From: a virus
DNA: 64,000 bases
Direction: 5' to 3' (one strand)
Virus record (IMG/VR): IMGVR_UViG_3300032770_000019
Location: 8,495-72,494 of that record
Shown: in pieces, positions 1-9,632 of the stretch
Numbering within the stretch: position 1 is the stretch's first letter
Layout: each line of letters opens with the position of its first letter
Notes under the pieces: model-generated
Databases searched by the model: none
What the model was told of the DNA's origin: nothing
What the model saw: the letters and a program-made list of their open reading frames with translations, nothing else
Position numbers and translations under genes: made by a program

Positions 1-678
1 TTCGGCTTTAGTGAAGTTAGGAGAACGTAGTCCGTCGAGCTTGACGACGTTCCAGCCACTACCGGGTCGGACAACAGTCGCAAAATACGAGTCGGTGCTG
101 TCCGGGTTGCCAATCGCCAATACGTGCGCCCGCCCGCTGGAAGCAAGAGTATCCGCAGCGATCCAGAGCGGCTCGGGAATTCCATCGGCTTCCTCCAAGA
201 TGATAAGGATAAAGCGTTCGTGAATACCCTGAAAGCTGGCTACCTCGGTAGGCCTACGGCCGAACGCTACCAGCTCGTCGCCAATGTGCCATTGCGGATA
301 CCCAGCTCGTGTAAGCCTGCCACGGAGTCCTGCCACTGCATGCACGCGGATCAGTTCGCGCCAAAGCACACTCTCTACCTGAGCGCTTGTCGGTGCCGTT
401 GTAACGACAAAAGCAGAACCCACGGCATGCGAGTCGATAAAATGACCGGTCTTTATCGCCGAGAAGCGGCTTTTCCCCTGAGCGTGGGCCGCTGGTACCG
501 CCGTGTAGCGATTCCGAATTACCGACTCGTTGATCAGCCTCTGCTGCGGGGTCAGATACTGACCGACTTTCTCTCGACACCACTGCTCCAATGTGTCGGT
601 ATTTCGTGGCGCAAAGTGAGCTGCAGCGAGTAGAATAGGATCTGTCTCATCCAGTCGCTTCGACGGGGACAGAACCAT
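1..678 (-). CDS. terL: Terminase large subunit, N-terminal ATPase part (runs off the window)
   Basis: Not in the ORF track. Manual translation from ATG 678: MVLSPSKRLD...YLTPQQRLINESV...VPAAHAQGKS (Walker A)...VVTTAPTSAQV...FQGIH..FILIILEEADGI (Walker B)...LAIGNP. Open to the window edge. Confidence 0.9.
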   Translation of the reverse strand, partial: MVLSPSKRLDETDPILLAAAHFAPRNTDTLEQWCREKVGQYLTPQQRLINESVIRNRYTAVPAAHAQGKSRFSAIKTGHFIDSHAVGSAFVVTTAPTSAQVESVLWRELIRVHAVAGLRGRLTRAGYPQWHIGDELVAFGRRPTEVASFQGIHERFILIILEEADGIPEPLWIAADTLASSGRAHVLAIGNPDSTDSYFATVVRPGSGWNVVKLDGLRSPNFTKAE

Positions 679-769
679 TCCTTTTACACGGACCTGATTG
701 CGGCTCGGACTCGTAGAACTCAATCGGACCACCCAAGGTATATGTACCCAAGTGCTATCAGCTTGAAAC

Positions 770-1393
770 CTAAGGATCTATTGGCAGCGCAGTAGCAGGC
801 TTCGTGTCTACTCCTTGCGCCTGCGAGAGCCACTTGTAGACAACCGACCGGACGTTATCATCCTCGGGATCTAGACCCAAGTCATAAAGCATTCCTCGGA
901 TAGCTTCTCCGACTCGTTCAGCAAGCCGTTCAGCCAGTCGAATACGTCTCTCCTCAATACCGGCCGCCAAAGCGGTTCGGCAAATACTAGCGAGGTGCTT
1001 TCGTTCGGACTGGTAAAGCTCAACCCAGAGAGCTCCGGCTGCTGACCAATCGCTTGTATCGATCTCATGAGATCCGACATATCCGCTAATCCTTCCACGC
1101 AACCACAACGACCGAACGAACTGCTCAGGGTCGCTGTGCATTAGCTGCAAGCGAAGCCATTCGATATGACCAGCAGTGCGCCTAATCTCTTGCAGCAGTA
1201 CTTCACCGGGATCGCTATCGTCCGTGGGTGTACCGAAAAGCATTTCCCTGCGACGCTGATGAGCTGCCGTTAGCTGCACGCCTTCTGTCTTAGGAAGATT
1301 CGTTTTGCGCCTCGGTCCGCGTGTCTTAGTTGCTTTCCGAAACGCACCCGGGTTAGCAGCGATCTCCTCAGGCGTAATCTTAGAACCTTGCAC
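770..1393 (-). CDS. Probable terminase small subunit
   Basis: Immediately upstream of terL on the same strand, helical protein (DPGEVLLQEIRRTAGHIEWLR...ERKHLASIC..ALAAGIEERRIRLAE). The track start TTG 1429 coincides with a -35 box, so GTG 1393 is preferred. Confidence 0.6.
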   Translation of the reverse strand: MQGSKITPEEIAANPGAFRKATKTRGPRRKTNLPKTEGVQLTAAHQRRREMLFGTPTDDSDPGEVLLQEIRRTAGHIEWLRLQLMHSDPEQFVRSLWLRGRISGYVGSHEIDTSDWSAAGALWVELYQSERKHLASICRTALAAGIEERRIRLAERLAERVGEAIRGMLYDLGLDPEDDNVRSVVYKWLSQAQGVDTKPATALPIDP

Positions 1394-1399
1394 CTTTGC

Positions 1400-1429
1400 A
1401 GCATAACATGCTAAGGCCGTAATTGTCAA
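1400..1429 (-). promoter_or_regulatory. SigA/HrdB-type promoter for the terminase genes
   Basis: TTGACA-18 nt-TATGCT on the minus strand; GTG lies 6 nt after the -10 box (leaderless geometry). Confidence 0.6.
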
Positions 1430-1453
1430 CAGTTTTTCGGTAAAAGCCTTCTT

Positions 1454-1483
1454 TTGACAACTTAACCCTTTCGGTTGTATACT
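1454..1483 (+). promoter_or_regulatory. SigA-type promoter, divergent from the terminase promoter
   Basis: TTGACA-18-TATACT upstream of ATG 1492. Confidence 0.7.
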
Positions 1484-1491
1484 GACAAATC

Positions 1492-1884
1492 ATGGACGAG
1501 CGTGCATACTATCGCGTTCATCAGCAACTACGACGCAAACGCGGACCTGCAACTAAGTTCCGGTGTAGTGACTGTACCAAGCAGGCAAGCCAGTGGTCCT
1601 GGACGCACGATACGAACCCGTTCCTACTCGAAAGCTACGAACCTCGATGCTACAGTTGCCATATGATCTACGATAGCGGCTTTTCCGGTCTCCTCTCGGA
1701 CACTCCTAGAATACGAACCCCTCGGACGAAAGAAGAAAAAGAGCTGCGAAGGATACAAGGGGGTGTCCTAAGTCGTACCGGAAGCTGCGAGGAGGATGAC
1801 GGGAACGGACCTTGCGGTAAAGAAATCGCAGCACGCAGAAAGTGCTGGAAGCATTATCAACGATGGCGTAGATCGCTAACTTGA
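1492..1884 (+). CDS. HNH-like Zn-binding endonuclease
   Basis: YYRVH..LRRKRGPA...CxxC...W...YEPRCYSCH..YD pattern; paralog of 21101..21505. Confidence 0.6.
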   Translation: MDERAYYRVHQQLRRKRGPATKFRCSDCTKQASQWSWTHDTNPFLLESYEPRCYSCHMIYDSGFSGLLSDTPRIRTPRTKEEKELRRIQGGVLSRTGSCEEDDGNGPCGKEIAARRKCWKHYQRWRRSLT

Positions 1885-1909
1885 CAGGTTTGTGATCATC
1901 TGCTACACT
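1881..1909 (+). promoter_or_regulatory. SigA-type promoter
   Basis: TTGACA-17-TACACT followed by GGAGGTGA SD. Confidence 0.65.
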
Positions 1910-1930
1910 TAGTAAATGGAGGTGACCGCT

Positions 1931-2266
1931 ATGCCTACAATAGAGTTTGTAGCAATCAACGGTGACGAGTGGGAAACCGATCCGGATAACCCGGTGCGTA
2001 CCGGAACACGCGTTGTCGTAAAATACAGTGTTCTGAACAAGGGACGCACCGGAGTGGTAGTCGGTCTCGGACGCGCTACTAAGGCACACTCACACTGGAT
2101 GACCTTTCACGAAGGAAATCCCGAGATTCCGTGTCCGTTCGGTGACTGGTGCGATATGCTTTGCGATAGCGAAGGTCCGCTGGTCCGTTACGATGACCAG
2201 GACCCGCGTGACGAGTCCGTGGACTTCTACTGCGGACAAGGTTCAAGTGCATTGGAGCCGCTATGA
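1931..2266 (+). CDS. Hypothetical protein
   Basis: SD GGAGGTGA before ATG 1931; ATGA overlap with the next gene. Confidence 0.55.
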   Translation: MPTIEFVAINGDEWETDPDNPVRTGTRVVVKYSVLNKGRTGVVVGLGRATKAHSHWMTFHEGNPEIPCPFGDWCDMLCDSEGPLVRYDDQDPRDESVDFYCGQGSSALEPL

Positions 2267-2703
2267 GCGACTTCGGATTCTCGGGGAGCGAACACGGGCT
2301 AACGGTTCCCCAGCGGAACACGCTTACCCGCCTTCTCACTCCGCAAACGGGTATGACACCGGGATTCGTAAGGCACGGTAGCTGCATCGGTGCGGACGAT
2401 CAGTTTGGCTGGATCGCACATACGCTCGGCTACTGGGTCATCCTGCATCCGCCAAACAACCCGCGAAAGCGTGCGTACTCGTATTGCGATGAAATTCTAC
2501 CCGAGGAGCCATACCTCACTCGCAATCATCATATCGTTGATAGCTCACCGCGAATGCTATTCGGTCCCGGTACAATGGAGGAAACGCTTCGGAGTGGTAC
2601 GTGGGCTACCGTTCGCTATGCCAAAAAGGCCGAGCGTAATGGCGTGATCGTGCTACCAAACGGTACACCCGTGAACCTCTCCGAATACGTGACACGATAC
2701 TAG
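2263..2703 (+). CDS. SLOG/DprA-like Rossmann-fold protein
   Basis: FGFSGS, HGSCIGAD, HPP, YLTRNHHIVD and RSGTWATVRYA motifs. Confidence 0.7.
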   Translation: MSDFGFSGSEHGLTVPQRNTLTRLLTPQTGMTPGFVRHGSCIGADDQFGWIAHTLGYWVILHPPNNPRKRAYSYCDEILPEEPYLTRNHHIVDSSPRMLFGPGTMEETLRSGTWATVRYAKKAERNGVIVLPNGTPVNLSEYVTRY

Positions 2704-2704
2704 C

Positions 2705-2733
2705 TTGACAGGCGTTTCCCGGTGTGCTAGCCT
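2705..2733 (+). promoter_or_regulatory. SigA-type promoter
   Basis: TTGACA-17-TAGCCT, then GGAGGTGACC SD. Confidence 0.65.
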
Positions 2734-2754
2734 GATACTTGGAGGTGACCAGGT

Positions 2755-2973
2755 ATGCTTTGGGAAGACAAGATCGAATTCGGACACGGTATCGAGACCG
2801 AGATAAGAGCACACACTACCGGTCACGGCATGTACGTAGACTTCTACCAGAGCGGCGACAAGCCGGTAGACGACCACGTGATGATCTTTCCCGAGGACAT
2901 CGATACGGTAATCGAATTCCTTCAGAAGTCGAAAAAGACCGCAGCCGAGAGGGAGGAAAAGGCGAATGCCTGA
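2755..2973 (+). CDS. Hypothetical protein
   Basis: Strong SD, first gene after the promoter. Confidence 0.6.
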   Translation: MLWEDKIEFGHGIETEIRAHTTGHGMYVDFYQSGDKPVDDHVMIFPEDIDTVIEFLQKSKKTAAEREEKANA

Positions 2974-3400
2974 GTATCGCATTACCGTAGAACGCAAGGA
3001 GCGCAAGCCGGATATCCAGATCAGCGCCTGCGGTAGTACGCATCACTGGGTAACGGAGTTCACGATGCACGGTGAATCGGAAAATACAGTGACGGCTCTA
3101 ATAGATGCCGCAGTGGCACGAAGGAGCCATCCGGCATTCCGCAGCGACCACTCGGCATTCCGCGAGGAAGGAGAGCTAGAAATGTTTACGCGCTTGCCCG
3201 AGGAGGGCGATCGAGTAGCGTTCCGCGAGAACGAGAGCACAGTTACCGAGGGTACCGTTACCCGAGTGTGGGACAAGCCGAAGAACAATCCGTATATCAC
3301 TATCGTAACGGACGACAACCGGGCCTTCGTCCGGTTCCGCACACTAGTTAAAATGCTCCCAAAAGCGGACAAAGTGGACCGCACACTTCCCGAGCGGTAA
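2966..3400 (+). CDS. Hypothetical protein (C-terminal SH3-like beta domain possible)
   Basis: SD GGAGG; overlaps the upstream stop; EGDRVAF...GTVTRV pattern. Confidence 0.5.
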   Translation: MPEYRITVERKERKPDIQISACGSTHHWVTEFTMHGESENTVTALIDAAVARRSHPAFRSDHSAFREEGELEMFTRLPEEGDRVAFRENESTVTEGTVTRVWDKPKNNPYITIVTDDNRAFVRFRTLVKMLPKADKVDRTLPER

Positions 3401-3534
3401 GTGTCATGAAGCGCCAGCTCAGGGCACGCGTACTTTAGACGCGGACAGACATGCCAGTCCAGGGGCGACCGCGTCCGGAGCTGGCGCTTCATCAGCTGAG
3501 CGTACAAGGCAGGGTACGGAGGAGAAGTTGGATC

Positions 3535-3768
3535 ATGGACGAAGCGGTTAAGTATCCGAAGATCACGGTAAAGCTTACCGGCGGTAGCGGCAACGCCTTT
3601 ATGATCGTCGGAAAGATGCGACGTGAGCTGCGTATCGGACTAGAAAATACGTACAAGCTTAGTAGGGACGAGGCGAATTCGCTGGTTATCGCTTTCACGA
3701 CCGAGGCGACCAGTGGCGATTACGACAAGGTACTACAAACGTGCATGAAGTGGGTGACCGTGAAATGA
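3535..3768 (+). CDS. Conserved phage hypothetical protein
   Basis: KLTGGSGNAF.IVG...ATSGDYDKVLQTCMKWV resembles a common small phage family. Confidence 0.6.
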   Translation: MDEAVKYPKITVKLTGGSGNAFMIVGKMRRELRIGLENTYKLSRDEANSLVIAFTTEATSGDYDKVLQTCMKWVTVK

Positions 3769-4097
3769 GTAACGTAGTAGCGATGTTTATCGCGTTCGAC
3801 GACAAGGACGAGGGAGCTAAGTTCCTCGAAGCAGTACAGGAGCACAAGATAGCCGGTTACCCGGTGCCGATCAACCCGGACAGCGAATACGGTCGCTTCG
3901 CATGGCATCGTACGAAGGTACTCGCGGTGTACCGTTCCGGTACCGAGGAAGCCAAACTTAACGGTCGGCAGCCCGGTTACGTTAAGGCCCTTATGGACGC
4001 GAGTGACGAGGACCTTAACGACGCACTGAAAGTCCTCGGGCCTAGGTTCCGTAATCGGCTCCGTAAGGCACTTAAGCTAACCAGCTTGACAAGCTAA
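3765..4097 (+). CDS. Hypothetical protein
   Basis: ATGA coupling with the upstream gene. Confidence 0.55.
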   Translation: MSNVVAMFIAFDDKDEGAKFLEAVQEHKIAGYPVPINPDSEYGRFAWHRTKVLAVYRSGTEEAKLNGRQPGYVKALMDASDEDLNDALKVLGPRFRNRLRKALKLTSLTS

Positions 4098-4114
4098 TTC
4101 GTCTCTGCTAGTCT
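4086..4114 (+). promoter_or_regulatory. SigA-type promoter
   Basis: TTGACA-17-TAGTCT, then GGAGGTG SD. Confidence 0.65.
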
Positions 4115-4141
4115 TGAGCATGAAGGAGAGGAGGTGCGCAA

Positions 4142-5137
4142 GTGATTACCTACGAAGTGGTAGATGCCGAACCGCTCGACATCTTCCTAGGTGTTTGTCG
4201 TCGCTGCGTGCGCCCTCTGCGGGAGACCGACACGATTTACCCGCTGTCTTCGTGGGCCGACAAGCACTCTGCAAGTTGCCCGCAATGCCAGCGGCCCGTT
4301 CCGATGGAGCGGGTCTTCGGTGTCGAGATGGGCATGAACTGTGACGACCGTTGCATGGGTGCAACCGGTAATCACTGCGAATGCGCCTGCGGGGGCGTAA
4401 ATCACGGCGGTATCTGGTCGGAGAAGGGTCAGGTGCTCGCTACCGCACTCAAGGCATACCGGGCAACGGCAGCTAAGCGGGAGGCGAACAAGGTGGCCCG
4501 ACAGAACGATAAGCAGCATCAGGCCGAGATCGCATTCAAGGAATGGATCAACGGTATGCCGCAGCGTCCGTTGGTCGAGTACCTGTTTAGCTATCGAGCT
4601 CAGCGTGACGACGGTACCGAAGAGTACCCGAACCCGTTCCTCGATTCCCTGACCGAGTGGCTGCTAAGTAAGAAGCCACTTACCGAGAAGCAGGTCATCG
4701 CTGGAACACGCACGATGGAGCGTCGTCTTCATGCCCGTCAGGAAGCTATCAAGAAGCAGGTAGCTGACGCTAATCCGCACACGCATCCCGGTGAGCACCT
4801 TAGCAACAAGCAGCTGACGCTGGGCATCTTCAAGTACCACGGTGACGTTTACGTGGTCAAGCCCAACAAGAAGGGCACTGCGTCCTACGCGATGAGGATG
4901 GTCGAGATCCATTCGGACCGCCTTACCAGCGGGGGCGAGAAAGTGCACTGGGAGTGGGAGTACACTCCCGGTATTGTCCCGAAGCTCACCGAAGCTGATA
5001 GGCTTCCGGTTGAGGACGTCCAGGACCTAATGATTCGGTACGAGCGGTGCATCGTGTGCCACCACCCGATCAAGAGGGCGAAGACAATCGAGCGCATGAT
5101 GGGAAAGACATGCGCGAGGAAGGTAGGGTTGCTGTGA
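4142..5137 (+). CDS. Multi-Zn-finger protein with a C-terminal DUF6011-like finger
   Basis: CRRC, CPQC, CDDRC..A.G..CECACGG.NHG and C-terminal CIVCHHPI...MGKTCA. Confidence 0.65.
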   Translation: MITYEVVDAEPLDIFLGVCRRCVRPLRETDTIYPLSSWADKHSASCPQCQRPVPMERVFGVEMGMNCDDRCMGATGNHCECACGGVNHGGIWSEKGQVLATALKAYRATAAKREANKVARQNDKQHQAEIAFKEWINGMPQRPLVEYLFSYRAQRDDGTEEYPNPFLDSLTEWLLSKKPLTEKQVIAGTRTMERRLHARQEAIKKQVADANPHTHPGEHLSNKQLTLGIFKYHGDVYVVKPNKKGTASYAMRMVEIHSDRLTSGGEKVHWEWEYTPGIVPKLTEADRLPVEDVQDLMIRYERCIVCHHPIKRAKTIERMMGKTCARKVGLL

Positions 5138-5255
5138 AGTGCTACCGATGCATCAAGCACGCCGGTAAGCGGCGGCACTGGTGCATCGGCTTTGCGTTCC
5201 CCAACGGGAACCCCGTTCCGTGTCAGTGCGGATGCGAACTACGAAGGAGAAGGTA

Positions 5256-5507
5256 ATGGCGAAGGCCACGATCAAGGAGCTCAAGGAGTTCTTCGACTCC
5301 CCCGCGGTGCAGACCAAGGAGATGATGCGCCTCAAGAAGGACCCGGTCGGACCGAACGGTGAGCCGCCGGTGGAGCTCCCGGACTACGACGAGATCGCTA
5401 ACGGGATCGGTGACGGCACCTTCACCTACCCGGACGTGAGCGAGGACCGGAAGGCGATCGCCAGCCAGCGGACGGACGCGCTGGGAGTCCCGCAGCTGCG
5501 AAGCTGA
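5256..5507 (+). CDS. Hypothetical protein
   Basis: SD AAGGAG; strongly GC3-biased codons. Confidence 0.6.
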   Translation: MAKATIKELKEFFDSPAVQTKEMMRLKKDPVGPNGEPPVELPDYDEIANGIGDGTFTYPDVSEDRKAIASQRTDALGVPQLRS

Positions 5508-5508
5508 C

Positions 5509-5591
5509 CCCTGAACGTCCTGCTCAACGGGTACCTAACCGCCGTAAAAAGCGAGATGCGTCACGAACCCCGTTGAGCAGGGCCTTGAGGG
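5509..5591 (+). promoter_or_regulatory. Conserved RNA stem, copy 1 (RNase III-site-like)
   Basis: CCCTGAACGTCCTGCTCAACGGG...CCCGTTGAGCAGGGCCTTGAGGG directly before SD AAAGGAG. Confidence 0.6.
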
Positions 5592-5690
5592 AAAGGAGAT
5601 GACGATGGACGACGACGATCCTAACGAAGAGGCGTACGTGAGCGAACTGTTCGCGGACGCGACACAAGAGGTACGCGATCAAGATCCGGC

Positions 5691-5719
5691 TTGACATGCC
5701 ATTCCGGGCATGATAGCCT
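5691..5719 (+). promoter_or_regulatory. SigA-type promoter
   Basis: TTGACA-17-TAGCCT. Confidence 0.6.
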
Positions 5720-5765
5720 GGTCATTACATAGGGAAGCAACCGCAACAGAGGAGTGGATTTAGAA

Positions 5766-6494
5766 ATGGCTACTGTGTCCCAGCAGCTGCGCGCCAAGAA
5801 GCCGGCTGCCGCTAAGCCCGCAGCCAAGCCAGTCGCTGCGAAGCCTCAGGCGGCTAAGCCAAAGGCACCGGCGCCTAAGCCTCCGCAGCCGACCGAGCCT
5901 GAGGTCGAGAAGAAGGAAGAGCTGACCCCGGAGCAGAAGGCCGCAATCAAGGAGGAGAAGAAGAAGGCAGCTTTCGCGAAGCTGAAGGCCCGTGCCGAGG
6001 AGAAGAAGAAGGTCAAGGTCGCCGCCCGCAAGGAAGCGATGAAGTCCCTCAAGGGCGAGCTCGAGGTCGGTCAGCACGTCTTCATGACGCGCGCCAGCTA
6101 TTACGGCTGCGAGGCCGTAGTGGAGGGCTTCGAGGAGGTCCGGGGTCGTAACCTGGTCGTGCTCAAGGTCGTCAGCACCAAGAAGGGTCGCGCCCTCGAG
6201 GACGACAAGACCTATATCCGCAAGGTGTCGCCGAAGTTCGTTCAGGACGAGCGCCCGACCGAGCCTTACGTGAAGCGCCGGGCCACCGCCGCCTCCGATG
6301 AGGCCGAAGAGGAGGCACCGGAGGAGCTCGAAATCGAGGAGGAAGAGGCCGAGCTCGAGGACGAGGAAGGCGAAGAGGAGTCCGAGGAGGAGGAAGAGTC
6401 TGAGGAGGAGGAGGAGGAAGAGGCCACCGAGGACGACTCCGAATCGGAGGAGGACGAGGACTCCGACGAAGAGGATGAAGAGAGCTGGGGCTAA
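5766..6494 (+). CDS. Bipolar protein: K/A/P-rich N-terminus, KOW-like core, very acidic C-terminal tail
   Basis: AAKP repeats, LEVGQHVFMTRASYYGCEAVV, about 60 C-terminal residues mostly E/D; own promoter and downstream hairpin. Confidence 0.75.
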   Translation: MATVSQQLRAKKPAAAKPAAKPVAAKPQAAKPKAPAPKPPQPTEPEVEKKEELTPEQKAAIKEEKKKAAFAKLKARAEEKKKVKVAARKEAMKSLKGELEVGQHVFMTRASYYGCEAVVEGFEEVRGRNLVVLKVVSTKKGRALEDDKTYIRKVSPKFVQDERPTEPYVKRRATAASDEAEEEAPEELEIEEEEAELEDEEGEEESEEEEESEEEEEEEATEDDSESEEDEDSDEEDEESWG

Positions 6495-6503
6495 TCCCAA
6501 GCA

Positions 6504-6542
6504 TCCGGGTGCCGTTACCGATACGCTCTGACGGCACCCGGA
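6504..6542 (+). terminator. Hairpin after the acidic protein gene
   Basis: TCCGGGTGCCGTTA / TGACGGCACCCGGA inverted repeat. Confidence 0.55.
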
Positions 6543-6702
6543 CTTCAACGTCCGGCTGGAACCGACGTTACTCGCAGGCAAAGGTGTCGAACCGGCGATC
6601 CGGAATACGAGCAGCCAGTCCTAGGCGGTCTGTCAGTCCGGGTAGGTAGACACAGCTAGCTGTAGCGGTGGTCAGTGGAGGCGTTTCAGCCGGGCCTTGA
6701 GG
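6543..6702 (+). promoter_or_regulatory. Conserved RNA stem, copy 2 (large insert)
   Basis: CTTCAACGTCCGGCTGGAAC...GTTTCAGCCGGGCCTTGAGG directly before SD AAAGGAGG. Confidence 0.55.
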
Positions 6703-7284
6703 AAAAGGAGGGACATGCCCCGTTACAGTTACAACAAGTGGTTCGGCTTCAATACCGAATTCACGGAGGCGGATCGCGTTCCGCCTCCGGGTGTACCGAA
6801 AATGGCTAAAAAGCATCCGAAGAAACGCAAGCGAAAGAAGGCGAAATGAACGCCGGAGAAATCGCCTCGCTGGTAACTGCCGTAGTGGCGTGCCTCGGAG
6901 CACTTACCGCGTACCTCAAGTCACGTACGGCTACTAAGCAAGCAGCTGCCACCAAAGCCCAGCTTGACGCGCATGTCGATTCTTATCGTCACCTTTCCAA
7001 GTAACGTCACCGCCCGTCGCTTCGTGGACGCTAGGAAAGGCACAACGTTATGTCGAATGGTACTACCGAGAACGCAGATGCAACGCCGAGTCAATGGAAT
7101 AGCGGGAAGCCTCCGACACACGGTTACTACCTCGGTGCCTGGCGACACGGAGACAGATGGTTCGTTAGCGAGCTATGGTACAACCCCGATAGCGTCTACA
7201 CCGGCTGGTGGACCGGAAGAGGCTATCTTGAAGAACGCTCAGATCCACGAAGCGTACAAGTACAGTACTGGATGCCGATGCCCG

Positions 7285-8622
7285 ATGCACCTAAGTCCTG
7301 AGCAAATCAAAGCAGCGAACCTCTTTCTCGAGCACGAAACGTTTGCTTGCTATGATCCGCAAGGAGCTGGGAAAACGGCAGTAGCAATTAACGCTGCTGT
7401 TGAACACGGTCAGTTTCCCGTTCTAATTGTACTTCCAGCTCACTTGATACCGCAATGGCGAATGCAGCTTGAACTCTGGGGCGTACCAGCGGAGGAGATC
7501 GCCACTGCCCCGAGAGGTTGCGGTCCTGCGATTAGGCACGCCGCACTACAAAGTGACTGTGCTTTCACGCTTGTATCGTACAACACCCTTGCAAGCTACG
7601 ACTATATGCCGGAGTGCTTGGACCCTCGCTGGAAAGCATACGTATTTGACGAGAGCCATCGAATGGGGCGCAACGGTAAAGGGCAAGCGTGGCATCATGC
7701 TAAGCTGCTGCGTACTAAGTCACGGACAAAGCACACGCACACTCCGATTTGGCTGCTTTCGGGCACACCCCTAGTAAAGAACGCAGTCGACGTTTGGCCA
7801 CTACTATTCCTCGTTAACAAGTACAAGTACGGTAACCGCGAAAGGTTTGCTCGTGATACCTGCCATACCTACCAAGGCGACTACAGCCTGCAAATCGGTG
7901 CTGTCAAAGATACCCATGCCTTTCATCAGCTGCTTGGCCAGCATAGCATTCGTAGATCATGGCGTGAAATTCCGAGCCTCGCTGGACTGTCGAGAAGGGA
8001 CGTTAACCTTCCACTGGAGCTTGCTCCGAAGGATCTCAACCGACACCGTGAAATCAAAAGGAACTACCGAGATCCGGAGACCGGAGAGCCACTGAATAGC
8101 TCGGCTCAGATGATTCACGCGCTGAGGCGTTTGACCATATCAGCCAAGGTGGAGGCGGTGACAGAATTCGTACAGGACCACCCAGGAAGGTTGTTGCTCC
8201 TCGCCTGGTACAGGTCAAGCGCCCATTCCCTGGCCACCGCGGTTTCGCGTGTCAACAAAGTACCGATTGCCTACGTTGACGGGGGCACACCGGAAAGACA
8301 ACGCGAACATGCGTTTAGCACGTACAGTAGCGATTCGAATTGCATATTCGTTGGTACAATCGGCTCGATGGCGGAAGGGTGGGACGGCTTCCAGCGGATC
8401 GGGCATCAGGTACTATTTGCGGAGCAGCATTACCTTTCAGCAACGAACGAACAGGCCGTTGCGCGCGTCCTTCGTCGCGGTCAATCGCAGCCAGTTCTGG
8501 TATACTGGATGTATGCACTTAAAAGCTTTGATATGCGCGTACGTCGCGTTGCTAAGAAACGCCAAGCTGATATCGACGAAGCGCTAGGAGAGTTCTTGAA
8601 GGAGGAAGAATGGCGCCAGTAA
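7285..8622 (+). CDS. SNF2-family helicase
   Basis: DPQGAGKT, VFDESH, LLSGTP, MAEGWD and EQAVARVLRRGQ motifs. Start re-set to ATG 7285 because 7050..7301 is a plausible gene in another frame. Confidence 0.85.
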   Translation: MHLSPEQIKAANLFLEHETFACYDPQGAGKTAVAINAAVEHGQFPVLIVLPAHLIPQWRMQLELWGVPAEEIATAPRGCGPAIRHAALQSDCAFTLVSYNTLASYDYMPECLDPRWKAYVFDESHRMGRNGKGQAWHHAKLLRTKSRTKHTHTPIWLLSGTPLVKNAVDVWPLLFLVNKYKYGNRERFARDTCHTYQGDYSLQIGAVKDTHAFHQLLGQHSIRRSWREIPSLAGLSRRDVNLPLELAPKDLNRHREIKRNYRDPETGEPLNSSAQMIHALRRLTISAKVEAVTEFVQDHPGRLLLLAWYRSSAHSLATAVSRVNKVPIAYVDGGTPERQREHAFSTYSSDSNCIFVGTIGSMAEGWDGFQRIGHQVLFAEQHYLSATNEQAVARVLRRGQSQPVLVYWMYALKSFDMRVRRVAKKRQADIDEALGEFLKEEEWRQ

Positions 8623-9393
8623 AGTACTCGATAGGGCGTCTCACGGACCTGCTTACCGATGCTGCGAAAACGAAATACGCGAAGGACCTGCTATGCGCTC
8701 GGGACGTTTGCGATAAGCTAGCAGAAGCAGTACCGCCACCTAAGGAAGGTCGAAGCGCAACATACAATACGCTAGCCTTGCTAATGTCAGTGAACGTCAT
8801 CATCACACCAGACAGTCCGCCGGGTCACTTTCGTCTCGTTAGACACGACAACTGCAAGGTGAACGACCCGTGGACGGAAATCGATAGTACCGACGGAGGC
8901 GGAATTGTCTACGTAGCTCCTCCAGCTTCGCCACCGCCACTTACCGTTTCGCATTCTGAATGTTCGATTCTAGAAGAAGGAGTACTCGAATGAGCACCGA
9001 GGAAATCGAAGCGCATAACCACCTACCGGTAGCTCCGTGCAAGCCGGACTGCCCGGGATACGCAAGCGTTCAAGTAGAGAAAGCAACTTCAGCACTCGTT
9101 ACCGTTGAGTACGAGTTTGCCGCCGTCCAGCGGGAGGCGGATGAACGGTTGCCTATCGGCTGGTGCAACGCATGCGTCGCCAACGCTAAGAACGCTCAGG
9201 ACCAAGGACTACCGGCGGATGCGATTCACGCAGGCGTTACAACAATCGCTCAGATTCAGAAGCTTAAGCTTCCCGATCAGCCGATGCCCGTAACGGTCGT
9301 TATCCCACTTCCTTCGTGCCTATACCACATTGGTATCGATAAGTCCGGCTCGCGAAGGATTCAGGTAGCTGACGGTCCACTACCTCCTCGCGT

Positions 9394-9423
9394 TTGACAG
9401 GCCTGTAGGTAATCGGGTATACT
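9394..9423 (+). promoter_or_regulatory. Promoter with conserved spacer
   Basis: TTGACAGGCCTGTAGGTAATCGGGTATACT; GTG 9430 follows 6 nt later. Confidence 0.75.
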
Positions 9424-9632
9424 TTAAGGGTGCGATGGTTTAAGCGAAAGAAAAAGACAACGGGCGGTCTTGGCAATACGCTGCGCACCCTCGAAACACC
9501 GTCCGAGTACGACCAGCGAGCAGCTTTCTACGGTCGTTGCAAGAAGTGTAACGAGCCGCTCGATATATGCTTGACCGCTGACCCTCGTAGGGACACCTAT
9601 TATCTCTACTGTCCTAGTTGCGGGAAACGCCA

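Noticed and set aside
530-570. Apparent frameshift near the start of terL
   Set aside because: Re-reading the C-run gives TAT CTG ACC CCG CAG CAG; the frame is continuous.
5509-5591. Kink-turn interpretation of the conserved stems
   Set aside because: Copy 2 has C where a tandem G-A pair would need G, and forms a continuous helix instead.
5760-6581. 273-aa Leu-rich minus-strand ORF
   Set aside because: Antisense shadow of the Lys/Glu-rich plus-strand gene.
6964-7284. N-terminal extension of the SNF2 helicase
   Set aside because: Overlaps a plausible separate gene (7050..7301); helicase motifs begin after ATG 7285.
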